Origin: an uncultured archaeon
Lineage (GTDB): Archaea; Asgardarchaeota; Lokiarchaeia; Sigyniarchaeales; SOKP01
DNA length: 38,683 nucleotides
Assembly (NCBI GenBank): GCA_964583985.1
Contig: CAZOYD010000031.1
Span: 1 to 38,683, forward strand
Direction of reading: 5' to 3'
The notes beneath the pieces were generated by a model. That model was not told the DNA's origin. It made no database searches and saw only the letters and a program-made list of their open reading frames with translations. The position numbers were made by a program, and so were the translations under genes. Positions within the stretch are counted from its first letter, which is position 1. Every line of letters begins with the position of its first letter. Below are positions 29,932 through 38,683 of this stretch, piece by piece.

Positions 29932-30075
29932 ATGAAAAATACAAATAATAAAGAATGTGAAGAAAAATTAGCTGAAAATAAAGTGCTTTCCCATCATACA
30001 AAAAATTTATTGAAAGAAACAGAACTAGAAGAAGAAGACCTTATGGATGAAGTGTGCAAGAATTTGGATGAATAA
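29932..30075 (+). CDS. Small acidic hypothetical protein (47 aa), not in the ORF track
   Basis: ATG...TAA frame MKNTNNKECEEKLAENKVLSHHTKNLLKETELEEEDLMDEVCKNLDE; purine-rich, in an otherwise empty gap. Confidence 0.4.
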   Translation: MKNTNNKECEEKLAENKVLSHHTKNLLKETELEEEDLMDEVCKNLDE

Positions 30076-30115
30076 TTAAATTATTAGATAAAGCAATCCA
30101 ATTCAATGAAGAACT

Positions 30116-31420
30116 TCATTGTTTATATTCACCATTAATAGATTTAGACGAAGTTTTATAACTTTCTTCTAAATTAAAATTGAGATATAATTTCTCTACC
30201 TGACCATTTTTAATAAATTTGTCTACTATCGTTAATACTTGCTCCTTATCTATTTTCCTATTTAATGCTTTTTCCATTGGTGAGATACTTATTAACAATT
30301 TTGACAAGCTTATCTCTTTATTTTTCACGATATTAAAAAAGATATTTTTTTCTATTATGTTTGGAATTTTGCAATCATCAACTGTATCACATGAAACTAA
30401 GCTCATGAATATCGTTTTATCTTCTTCAGTAAGGTTTTGGATTTCATTATCTGATATTGGTGCAGCTGAAATTTTCTCTTCCTCAGTTTTAGTTGAATTA
30501 ACGGTTAGAAAATCAAATAAATTGCTAATTCCCTCTCCAGTAAGGCAAGAAGTTTCAAAAAATAATAAATTAGACTCTTCAGATAATTTTATTGCTTGGT
30601 CTCTTATCTTATCTCGATTTGGAGCAAGATCAATTTTATTTCCTACAAGAATATAGGGAATAATTTCACTATTTAAAAACATAGTTGATTCTTTAATCCA
30701 TCCTTTAATATCGTGTAAAGTGCCTATTCTTGAATAGTCAAATACAATCAATACGATATCAGAATACTTGTAATATTGTTTTCTAACTTTAGCAAAACTT
30801 TTAATTCCTCCAAGATCGAATATATTTAAGATTAACTTATATCCATCATCATAATGAACTTCTTTCTCCAGCATGGAAATTCCAATAGTCGGAATATATG
30901 ATTTTTCAAATCTATTATTGTTATACATGGCAATTAGTGTAGTCTTACCAACATTTTCAGAACCTATAAATGTGATCGTTTTGCTTTTTGATTTTAATTT
31001 GAGGTCTCCATTTTCATTTAATCCAGGAATTTCAATAGGTATTTCGCGATTATTTAATATTAAGGAAACCTTATCTGCGATGATATGTGAATAGGGAATA
31101 TAATTCTCTAAACTTGAATAAGATTTACCAATTATTAATAAAATAGCGTTAGTTGTATCCCCTAATTCAATATAGAATAATCTAAACTCGTCTGTATCAA
31201 AAGAACCACTTCCTATTTTAGTTTCAGTATACGATTTAATTCTATTCAATGTTTGATCTAAACTTGCAATGATCGCTGTAATAAGATCTTCATTAACTTC
31301 TTTAACTAACTTCTTAGCAAAAATGAAACCATCAAAATCTACAACAAATGTAGCAAGTAAATCTGGAACTTCCCTTAGAAAGCGAGAAAATAGTTCCTCC
31401 AGTTGTTCTGATTTCGTCAT
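30116..31420 (-). CDS. Roadblock/LC7 + Rab-like small GTPase + C-terminal (winged-helix-like) domain fusion
   Basis: N-terminal 'LEELFSRFLREVPDLLATFVVDFDGFIFA' Roadblock pattern; G1 GSENVGKT, G2 YIPTIG, G3 DLGG, G4 NKID, G5 ETSCL. Confidence 0.88.
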   Translation of the reverse strand: MTKSEQLEELFSRFLREVPDLLATFVVDFDGFIFAKKLVKEVNEDLITAIIASLDQTLNRIKSYTETKIGSGSFDTDEFRLFYIELGDTTNAILLIIGKSYSSLENYIPYSHIIADKVSLILNNREIPIEIPGLNENGDLKLKSKSKTITFIGSENVGKTTLIAMYNNNRFEKSYIPTIGISMLEKEVHYDDGYKLILNIFDLGGIKSFAKVRKQYYKYSDIVLIVFDYSRIGTLHDIKGWIKESTMFLNSEIIPYILVGNKIDLAPNRDKIRDQAIKLSEESNLLFFETSCLTGEGISNLFDFLTVNSTKTEEEKISAAPISDNEIQNLTEEDKTIFMSLVSCDTVDDCKIPNIIEKNIFFNIVKNKEISLSKLLISISPMEKALNRKIDKEQVLTIVDKFIKNGQVEKLYLNFNLEESYKTSSKSINGEYKQ

Positions 31421-31463
31421 ATTGAAAAGGATTAAATTTTATTCATGAGATTTTTTCTTAATA

Positions 31464-31952
31464 TTAAAATTCCATTTCAATGTGACAGATCTCTGCGGTT
31501 TGCAGCCTATTTTTGGTTATTTGAGGGTCAATTCCTCTTGCATAAGATATTGCACCCATTAGCAAACCTCCTACTGGACATGCGGTATTTCCTTCCAAAT
31601 CGTATCCACCAATTCTTTTAGGACATATTGAACATTTTTGAACGACTAATTTTACTTTTTCGTCCGTGACCTCCACATCCAGTTCTTCTGCTAAGTTAAT
31701 CACGTTTGTGAGAGCTTTAACTAGTTTTTCATCACTATCGCTTACTTTCACTATCTTCTGATCTAAAATTCCTTTCATTAATTCTCTTCCAATCCATATG
31801 CTCAATGAATCCATCGCATCTTGAGTCGATATTCCCAACTCTTTATTCAATATGAAATCTTTCGACTTAATCAATCCATATCCTAACCCTATTATTGTTT
31901 TATTTAAGAAAGTATTTTGATTTATAGACTCTTTTCTTCCAAATATTTTCAT
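31464..31952 (-). CDS. V4R/MetOD1-like domain protein
   Basis: 'WIGRELMK' helix, 'LVVQKCSIC', 'ACPVGGLLMGAI', terminal 'ICHIEM' fit the V4R/HNOX/Bet3 fold pattern. Confidence 0.65.
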   Translation of the reverse strand: MKIFGRKESINQNTFLNKTIIGLGYGLIKSKDFILNKELGISTQDAMDSLSIWIGRELMKGILDQKIVKVSDSDEKLVKALTNVINLAEELDVEVTDEKVKLVVQKCSICPKRIGGYDLEGNTACPVGGLLMGAISYARGIDPQITKNRLQTAEICHIEMEF

Positions 31953-32531
31953 TTATACATTACCTCTTTCAATATTATTCATTTCTATTAATGAGGAGTT
32001 AGCTTTCTCCTCTAATTTCAAATTATGTTTAACAATAAATTCCTTCTGAATATACTTCTCAATAATGTTTAATATCATCATTTTATCAATTGTTCTATTA
32101 AGTGCTTTCTCTAAAATAATGCTCTCTTCAATGAGCATTGCTAAACTCACGTCTTTCTTTTTTAAAATGACTCTTAACAAATGTTTTTCTATGAGATTCG
32201 GAATTTTCTCTATTTGATCTGTTTTTAACTCATTAATCTCATACACCATTTTGGTATCAGGGGATAATTGAGATATCATTTGTGAATTAATAGGTTGGGC
32301 TATACTACTATCCTCAGGGTTATTTTCCTCCTTGTAAATATCTATGAATAATTGAGTTCCTAAACATTTAAACGACTCATCTACGTAAGATATAAGTGTC
32401 CTCTTACAATGTTGAATTCTAAAAGGAATGGGAAATTTTGTTGCGCTTAAGAGAATATCCTTATTGACGTGAAAGGTTATCGCCTTTTCACATATTGGAC
32501 AAATACCCAATATCTTCATATTTTCAACCAT
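31953..32531 (-). CDS. Zn-ribbon-like N-terminus + domain shared with the C-terminus of the neighbouring GTPase
   Basis: CPIC...FPIPFRIQHC...YVD; 'KIPNLIEK...LEKALNRTIDK' matches 'KIPNIIEK...MEKALNRKIDK' in 30116-31420. Confidence 0.75.
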   Translation of the reverse strand: MVENMKILGICPICEKAITFHVNKDILLSATKFPIPFRIQHCKRTLISYVDESFKCLGTQLFIDIYKEENNPEDSSIAQPINSQMISQLSPDTKMVYEINELKTDQIEKIPNLIEKHLLRVILKKKDVSLAMLIEESIILEKALNRTIDKMMILNIIEKYIQKEFIVKHNLKLEEKANSSLIEMNNIERGNV

Positions 32532-32872
32532 ACTTAGCCCCTATAATTTTGAATAAAATATCATATTATTATTCAAAATGTTAAAAGAATAGTAGTAGAA
32601 TTACTATTTAAATTATATCCAAAGATAATAATGTTAAGAATAACAAGTTTTGAAATCAAGAATGTAATAAAGGAAACAACCAATTAATAAAGATAAAAGA
32701 TGCAAGATCTAGAAGAAACGGAATTTATCGATGAGATATGTTGTAAATTAGTTGATTTAATAAATTTTTAGGTTATAGGATCAATGTAAACTCATTAATT
32801 AAAAGGATTTAAAAGACGCAGTAAATTTCTTTCAATTATATTACTAAAAAGAATTTAATAGCTGTAGGCAAT

Positions 32873-33754
32873 ATGCCATTGAAGGGTGTTGAGTCATTTC
32901 AGGCCAAGGTGCCAGCACTTTCGGGAAAAAGATTTTTAATCTTACCTTTTTATTCTATCATTATGATAACAATAGGAATTGTCTGGATGAGATTCATATT
33001 TGAGATTTCCAGAAACATGAAAGCAGTTACTGATATTTGGATAATCTCCTTGATACCATTGCTTGGTTATCTTCTTCTCGAATTCCTAGGTTTTCTCCTT
33101 GCCAGCCAGATGTGGTTCTGGCGTAATTTTTTAAAGAAGCGTTATGGTATGAATTCTTTTCATCGAATTATTTTTGTAGGTTTAGCAGGAATTTTATTGG
33201 TATTTTCACTAAGTATAAATCTCTACCAACCATTTTTCCTAGATCTTTTCTCTGGATGGTTAGGTTCACCATTGGCTTTTTTGATGATACTTCTTGATTC
33301 ATTGTCAGGAATTGGGGCTCCTATAGCCTATGTTCTCAAGATCGTGATCGGAATCGGTTTCTTGTTAGGGGGATTTGCGATGGCATTGCGATCTGTAACA
33401 ATTTTAGGATTAGATTACTTGTCCACTCTTTATCTTTACTTTCCCGAGGAAAGTAAAGTGCAAAAAAACGAAATTTATTCCGCCTTGCGAAATCCATTTT
33501 ATGCTGCTTTTTTAATGATTGGGTGGGGTGGGGCGATCTTAACATGCACTTTATATACATTCATCATGTTCATTTTTTACCTCATCGGTTTTTATATCTT
33601 CTTATGCTTTGTCGAGGAACGGGAGTTACTTCAACGTTTTGGGGATATTTTTGCCTCCTATCAAAAAACAACACTCATGTTTTTCGTTAAGCCGAGCAAC
33701 CTCAAAGTTTTATTGAAGTTTATTTTTATTAAAAAAAAAATTATTAAAGAGTAA
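32873..33754 (+). CDS. ICMT/PEMT-family integral membrane methyltransferase
   Basis: Multi-TM; 'IYSALRNPFY' and 'VEERELLQRFG...Y' motifs. Confidence 0.8.
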   Translation: MPLKGVESFQAKVPALSGKRFLILPFYSIIMITIGIVWMRFIFEISRNMKAVTDIWIISLIPLLGYLLLEFLGFLLASQMWFWRNFLKKRYGMNSFHRIIFVGLAGILLVFSLSINLYQPFFLDLFSGWLGSPLAFLMILLDSLSGIGAPIAYVLKIVIGIGFLLGGFAMALRSVTILGLDYLSTLYLYFPEESKVQKNEIYSALRNPFYAAFLMIGWGGAILTCTLYTFIMFIFYLIGFYIFLCFVEERELLQRFGDIFASYQKTTLMFFVKPSNLKVLLKFIFIKKKIIKE

Positions 33755-33936
33755 TATTCTTCCCTTTTTTGTGTAGAGTTATTCTCATTTCTTTTAAATT
33801 ATGGAAAAATTGCTGATAATGATTTTAAAATATAAAATTCAATTAATATTTAAACCCTTTTAACATCTAGACTGTTGTAAATGTGTATCTTTGCTACCTT
33901 TTCTGAGAAAAATCATAGGATTTTGGAAAAAATCAA

Positions 33937-35199
33937 TTAATACTTGAACCCTTTTAACATCTGGACTGTAGTCAACGTATCTTTACCATCTTTTCTTAAG
34001 TAATCCATTGCTTCTTCTATCCCTTCCACAGTAAGGTGAAACATCGGGATGATGCTTGAAATGATTTTTCTAGTCCAAGGCACCCATTCTAATCGAATAA
34101 TTTCAGGGTTCAACCACACCACGTTATTCTTGAAATGGTTCGCAAGCTCGCGGATGTAATAGACTCCAGGCATTTCGTTGCGATGATAATAATAAATGCT
34201 TCCATAACGTTCGGTGAGCTCCCAGCTTGCCCTCACAATTTAATCGGAATTCGATTAAATAATTGCGGCGTCGCCCACCACGACAACTTTGTATTTGCTG
34301 TTATATTTTTTCAGAAAATCCTCAAATGGAGTGGCTTCTTCTGGGTTTCTCTGTGCATTATGATAAAGTGTCTCGTATAAGCAATTATGGAAGTAGTAAA
34401 ACTTAAAGTCCTTCCAGTGTGACATGTTGCTTGCTGCTGAAAAAAGTAAATTTACTAAATGTGCATAAGGTGTCATGGTACCACCGACGTCCATTAGTAA
34501 TATTAGTTTTACGTTATTCTTTCTTTTCTTTTCAAAAACGAGATCGATATCTCCACCGTTCTTGGCGGTCAAATCTATGGTCTTATCAATGTTTAGTTCA
34601 TTTTGTTTCCCGATTTCTTCGAGTTTTTTGAGGCGTTTTAGGGCAACCTTGATTTGGCGGGTGTCTAAGACGATATCTTTTCTATAATCGGCAAAGATCC
34701 TTTTTTGGGCAATTTGTATTGCCATTCGCATTCCGGCAGATCCTCCAAGTCTCATGCCCATTGGGTTTTGGCCAGCATTTCCAAATCGAGATTCACCTTG
34801 AGTTCCAATCCAATGATGACCGCCATCATGGTCTTCATCTTGTTTTTTCATTAACTCTTCTAATTGTTTTTGGAGATCCTCAAGGTCGAAGATTTCACTC
34901 ATAAATTGTTGAAGATTATCGGGTAATTCTTTTGGGTCAATTTTCTTATCGAGCCAATCCCATATTTGTTGTTTAATCTCGTCGGGAAATTTTAGTGACG
35001 CGTCTTTAAAGAAATTGGCAAATGCGATATCGTAAATGTCAAAGTGATGCTCGTTCTTGCATAAAAGAGATCGAGAAATGTAATAAAATTCGACTATATT
35101 GTGTATTAATCCTTTATCCAATGCTTCGATTAGAGCCATGTATTCTGTTAAAGAGACGGGTAATCGATCCTTTAAATAATAAAAGTAATCTACAAACAT
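33937..35199 (-). CDS. VWA domain protein (COG3825/CoxE-like), interrupted by a 30-nt insert; 410 aa if the insert is removed
   Basis: ORFs 34255-35199 and 33937-34236 are in the same frame. Motifs 'HDGGHHWIGTQGESRFG', 'LMDVGGTM', 'YYFHNCLYE', 'VGDAA' in the first part continue as 'SWEL...VWLNP...PMFHLTVEGIEEAM' in the second. Confidence 0.85.
34232..34261 (-). other. Candidate 30-nt bulge-helix-bulge (BHB) mRNA intron
   Basis: Sense strand GC-CGCA-[AU|U]-AUUUAAUCG-AAUUC-CGAUUAAAU-UGUG-[AG|G]-GC: 9-bp stem, 4-bp central helix, two 3-nt bulges. Excision gives GCC GCA ATG GCA AGC TGG. Confidence 0.65.
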
Positions 35200-35450
35200 C
35201 TATAGTAATAGAATAGGTGGTCAAATTAATTAATTTTGATATTGAAAAATATAGGTAAGCATTAGGAATAAAATTTCGATACTGAGCTAGTACGAAATTT
35301 AGCATTCTTGAATGATTTATATATAATAGGTGTATTTTTAGCAGTTATTGTATATTCTCAACATAAAAATGCCGATTTAATCCTTAAATAAGAGATAAAG
35401 AGAAAAAAAAGAATTTTTAATTATTATTTTGTATACTAATTTTTATCATG

Positions 35451-38400
35451 TTATTCAATACCATGTTTTCGTTTCAATAAGATTACTAATGTGATTATCA
35501 CACCTGTTAATGCACTGAGACCAAATATTCCTATGAAAAACCAGATATTTACTTCCTCCTTAGCTGGAGGATCAATATGAAATTCTATGACATCCGTTCC
35601 TCCCAAATAATAAGAATCAGGTGGGAATTCAATCCAAGTTTGTACAATATAAATACCTTTTGTAAAAATATTATTCAATTGGTTAATTGTCTGGACCGAA
35701 TCCCAATAGAAAAAACCTTTTGAATCATATGTCATGTTGCCTTCCACTTTGACATTTCCATAGTAGTCAACTATTCTTATGTGTACAGTCATTCCCTCAA
35801 TAGCGATTGGATTTAATAGAAATTGATCTTCGACATCCAGCACTTGTGCCACGAGGGAGATTTTTATTTCTTCATTTAGAAGATAATTAAATTCACCTCC
35901 TAGGTTAAGCTGTGCTTGGCGATATACTATTACGGAGAAAAACTTATCGTAATATTCACCTTCAGCATTCCAAATTCGAAGAGTAAGCAAATGAACGCCA
36001 GTTTCAAGTTGATTAGTGGTCGATATTGTTGTTTCACTTATATAAATTCCACCTTTTTCATCTTCGGTATAAAATGTAGATAAGGCAAAACCAGGATCAA
36101 TTTCCCCAATCCAACCGATATAAGTGAATTGAGATGAAGAATTAGAGCTAATACTTCCAATAGTTTGAGAAGTGCGTGTATAAGTTAGCATTATTTCATT
36201 TGGAATCGTATCATATATCACTGATGGAGGGACAGGAATATCCACAACTACCTGAATGCAGTTTGAAAGTGTATCTCCGTATTCATTATGTGCTACTACT
36301 ATGAAATAATAAGTTCCATCTGAATATCCTTCCAATGGAAAATTCAAGTCTGTAATATCATCTGCTAATATGATCAAGTCTTCAGTGATCTCCGTGATAA
36401 AGCTAGAATGTCGATAAACCGAATAATTTTCAGTTCCAATAGATTCGGTCCATAAAAGTGTAAAAGACCCATCATTATCGGGATTATTCGCATCAGATGA
36501 TAATATAAAAAGCTCTGGAGGTGATAAATACTCAAATTGAGCATTAGTATCTACGAAATCAAAAGTATAATTATATATTCCTGCGTTAAAAATAAACGTG
36601 CCATTTAATAAAATTCCCGTGCTCTTCTCATACCACGCGATACCTCCTGGTTGAGTCAAATCCTCAAGTTCCCACACACCTATGGGTCCGAAATTAGGAA
36701 GATCGAATATGAATTCCCTTGTCACGTTGAATATGTGATCTGCATCATAAGCAACGGCTATAGGGATTGTATCTCCAAGTGAAACATTAGTAAAAATCCA
36801 TATTGGTGTATGAAAGTTATCTCCAAAAAGAGAGCCACCAGACATCAGCCTTGATGAAGGATCTACATACCATTGATAAGCACCCTCTCCTTCAACACTC
36901 CACGTTTCATAGAATAATCCATCTTGACATGATATATAGGAGAAGTTTGTATTATAAATGTAACCCATCTGATTAAAAATATATTTTATATACAAACCAT
37001 CAAAAAGGTGAGTTTCTACTAAATGAACATCCACAATTATCAGATTATCATCTTGAGATGGTTCACTAGGTAAGGGAGGTGCATATGCTTTAAAAGTAAA
37101 TGTTTTGTATTCGGTAGGTGTCCAATTATATTGGATGGTACCATTTCCTCCAACAGACAGATAAGGAATTGTAAGAGAGTCAACTATAATATCATCAAGG
37201 TATAGATATAATTCTACATCTACTTCATCATGTAAGCCCGTATTTCGGACTGTAGCAGAGATTATATAACTTGTATCGATTTCAATACCGTTAGGAATGT
37301 CTAGATTCACTTCTAAATCATGGTCATAAGTAATATCTACTACCACATTTATACAGTTTGAAAGAGTGAATCCATATTCATTGTTAGCAGATACGATGAA
37401 GTAATATGATCCTTCTGGATAGCTACTTAATAGCAAGTTCAATTCGGAAATTTCTTCAGCTAAAAGGGTTAAACTTTCATTAATCTCAGTAATATAACTT
37501 GAATGTTGATACACGGAATAATTATCTGCTCCATCAGCTAAACTCCAGTTGAGAGTAAACGTACCATCATCATCAGGGCTTCCAGCATCCGATGATAATG
37601 AAAACATGCTTGGTGATGCACGATAGATGGGATATGCACGGAATGAGTTCATTGCATTGTAAGGAACGCCTCTTATCTCTTTCAAATGAACGTAGGTTAC
37701 TTTAGTGTGGTAAAGTGGTATGTGGTTAAATCCTGTTGTTGCCATGTAACTTTGGATGTGCTTGTAGATGTTATCTCTAGTGACTGTATCAGTTTCTATT
37801 AATGCGGCTGCCATCAGGGCATTTAAGACTAAATCATTGACTTGAGCGGAGTTTGATCCAGAGTTGGGGTTAAACAATGGGTCAAGCATGTTGTATGGCT
37901 CAAGGTAATCAGGTGCCCATCCGATAGCGTATAATTCTAAATGATCCCATCCTTCAGTTCCTACATCATATAAGTAGTCTAAGAATGTATCCCATATTAC
38001 GCCATCATCTTCAACAGCACAACCCACTAGTTTAAGCCATTCTGTAACAGCAACGCCTAAATCTTGTCTATAAGCATTTCCAAGATTATACGTGTATCGA
38101 ACGATTCTGAACGGACTTGAACCCTCTGCTACTGCAATCCATTGGGCATCTGTCCATCCCATATCACCAAAACCCATGGATACCATGGTTTGCCTTGCAA
38201 TTGTAACATTTCCACCATCAGGAACGACTCGAGGATCAGATGGAAGTGATGAGTTAAATGCGGCACCAAAACCAGGTGAAATCGCAGAATAAGATCGGAC
38301 TGCATTTCCTAATCGTAATTCATCAATAACGTACGAATAATTCGTTGCAAAAGCTATGACTTTTCTCCAAGTTTCATTATACTTATGGTTGTTAACTCCC

Positions 38401-38681
38401 ATATATTGATATACTAAACTCGGTATACCAGTATCATCAGTGAATCTCTTTACAGTTATGGTGGGATCGGCTTCATAGAGTGCTAGATTTTGATCTGAAA
38501 ACATACTATTTATATCAATTGCATGACTAAGGAAAGCATTATGAGCAGTAGTTGCGTCACTAAAAATTATATATAAAATTTCTTCGAAAAATGCCGAACC
38601 TTTCCAGTAATCCTCCCATCGAGACATCCTCACTTCTACATTTGGGGTGTAGCTATCGTATGTGAAAGGTCCAGTTCCAAT
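35451..38681 (-). CDS. ABC transporter substrate-binding protein (family 5, DppA/OppA-like) fused to FN3-like repeats, a CARDB-like domain and a C-terminal TM anchor; 5'-truncated by window edge
   Basis: Frame is open to the window end (IGTGPFTYDSY...); 'RKVIAFATNY', 'IGWAPDYLEPYNMLDPLF', 'HDLEVNL...ATVRNTG...NWTP...DDN'; ends TM + KRKH. Confidence 0.88.
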   Translation of the reverse strand: MGTGPFTYDSYTPNVEVRMSRWEDYWKGSAFFEEILYIIFSDATTAHNAFLSHAIDINSMFSDQNLALYEADPTITVKRFTDDTGIPSLVYQYMGVNNHKYNETWRKVIAFATNYSYVIDELRLGNAVRSYSAISPGFGAAFNSSLPSDPRVVPDGGNVTIARQTMVSMGFGDMGWTDAQWIAVAEGSSPFRIVRYTYNLGNAYRQDLGVAVTEWLKLVGCAVEDDGVIWDTFLDYLYDVGTEGWDHLELYAIGWAPDYLEPYNMLDPLFNPNSGSNSAQVNDLVLNALMAAALIETDTVTRDNIYKHIQSYMATTGFNHIPLYHTKVTYVHLKEIRGVPYNAMNSFRAYPIYRASPSMFSLSSDAGSPDDDGTFTLNWSLADGADNYSVYQHSSYITEINESLTLLAEEISELNLLLSSYPEGSYYFIVSANNEYGFTLSNCINVVVDITYDHDLEVNLDIPNGIEIDTSYIISATVRNTGLHDEVDVELYLYLDDIIVDSLTIPYLSVGGNGTIQYNWTPTEYKTFTFKAYAPPLPSEPSQDDNLIIVDVHLVETHLFDGLYIKYIFNQMGYIYNTNFSYISCQDGLFYETWSVEGEGAYQWYVDPSSRLMSGGSLFGDNFHTPIWIFTNVSLGDTIPIAVAYDADHIFNVTREFIFDLPNFGPIGVWELEDLTQPGGIAWYEKSTGILLNGTFIFNAGIYNYTFDFVDTNAQFEYLSPPELFILSSDANNPDNDGSFTLLWTESIGTENYSVYRHSSFITEITEDLIILADDITDLNFPLEGYSDGTYYFIVVAHNEYGDTLSNCIQVVVDIPVPPSVIYDTIPNEIMLTYTRTSQTIGSISSNSSSQFTYIGWIGEIDPGFALSTFYTEDEKGGIYISETTISTTNQLETGVHLLTLRIWNAEGEYYDKFFSVIVYRQAQLNLGGEFNYLLNEEIKISLVAQVLDVEDQFLLNPIAIEGMTVHIRIVDYYGNVKVEGNMTYDSKGFFYWDSVQTINQLNNIFTKGIYIVQTWIEFPPDSYYLGGTDVIEFHIDPPAKEEVNIWFFIGIFGLSALTGVIITLVILLKRKHGIE
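36238..37605 (-). repeat. Two copies of a ~90-aa FN3-like domain within the SBP gene (~37335-37605 and ~36238-36510)
   Basis: FSLSSDAGSPDDDGTFTLNW...YYFIVSANNEYGFTLSNCINVVVDI versus FILSSDANNPDNDGSFTLLW...YYFIVVAHNEYGDTLSNCIQVVVDI. Boundaries approximate. Confidence 0.85.
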
Positions 38682-38683
38682 TA

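Noticed and set aside
34237-34257. Sec/Pyl readthrough or programmed frameshift joining the two VWA ORFs
   Set aside because: Both stops are TAA, there are two of them, and the ORFs are already in the same frame; readthrough would also add 10 residues inside a conserved motif.
555-38292. Short antisense or nested ORFs in the track (e.g. 555-806, 1464-1778, 10196-10582, 21098-21484, 30219-30656, 34135-34904, 38092-38292)
   Set aside because: They overlap well-supported genes on the opposite strand and carry no recognisable motifs.

Overview
AT-rich, gene-dense archaeal window whose content points to an Asgard archaeon of the Lokiarchaeia type (inference from Rab-like GTPases, a Roadblock-GTPase fusion, a longin-like protein, a HEAT-LRR protein, an IPGF/TM C-terminal anchor and AGGTGA Shine-Dalgarno motifs). 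It holds anaerobic metabolism genes (two crotonase paralogs, a glycyl radical enzyme, a non-pyrrolysine MttB-family methyltransferase, a divergent fwdGBDA operon), an Mrp/NifX/COG1149/DUF5320/DUF89 metal-cluster module, a HEPN-MNT pair, transporters and two uncharacterised three-gene operons. The main observation is in the COG3825-type VWA gene (33937-35199, minus strand). It is interrupted by a 30-nt insert with two in-frame TAA stops that folds with its flanks into a bulge-helix-bulge (BHB) motif. Cutting at the canonical BHB positions restores the frame and creates the ATG of the expected GDAAMASWE motif, so this is a candidate endonuclease-spliced mRNA intron. Other leads: a TGAAT-N4-ATTCA operator upstream of the metal-cluster genes, probable ATT start codons, substituted catalytic residues in FwdB/FwdA, and a domain duplicated within a Zn-ribbon / V4R-like / Roadblock-GTPase operon. 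I recognised no rRNA, tRNA, CRISPR array or transposase. All family calls are motif recognition by eye; no searches were run.
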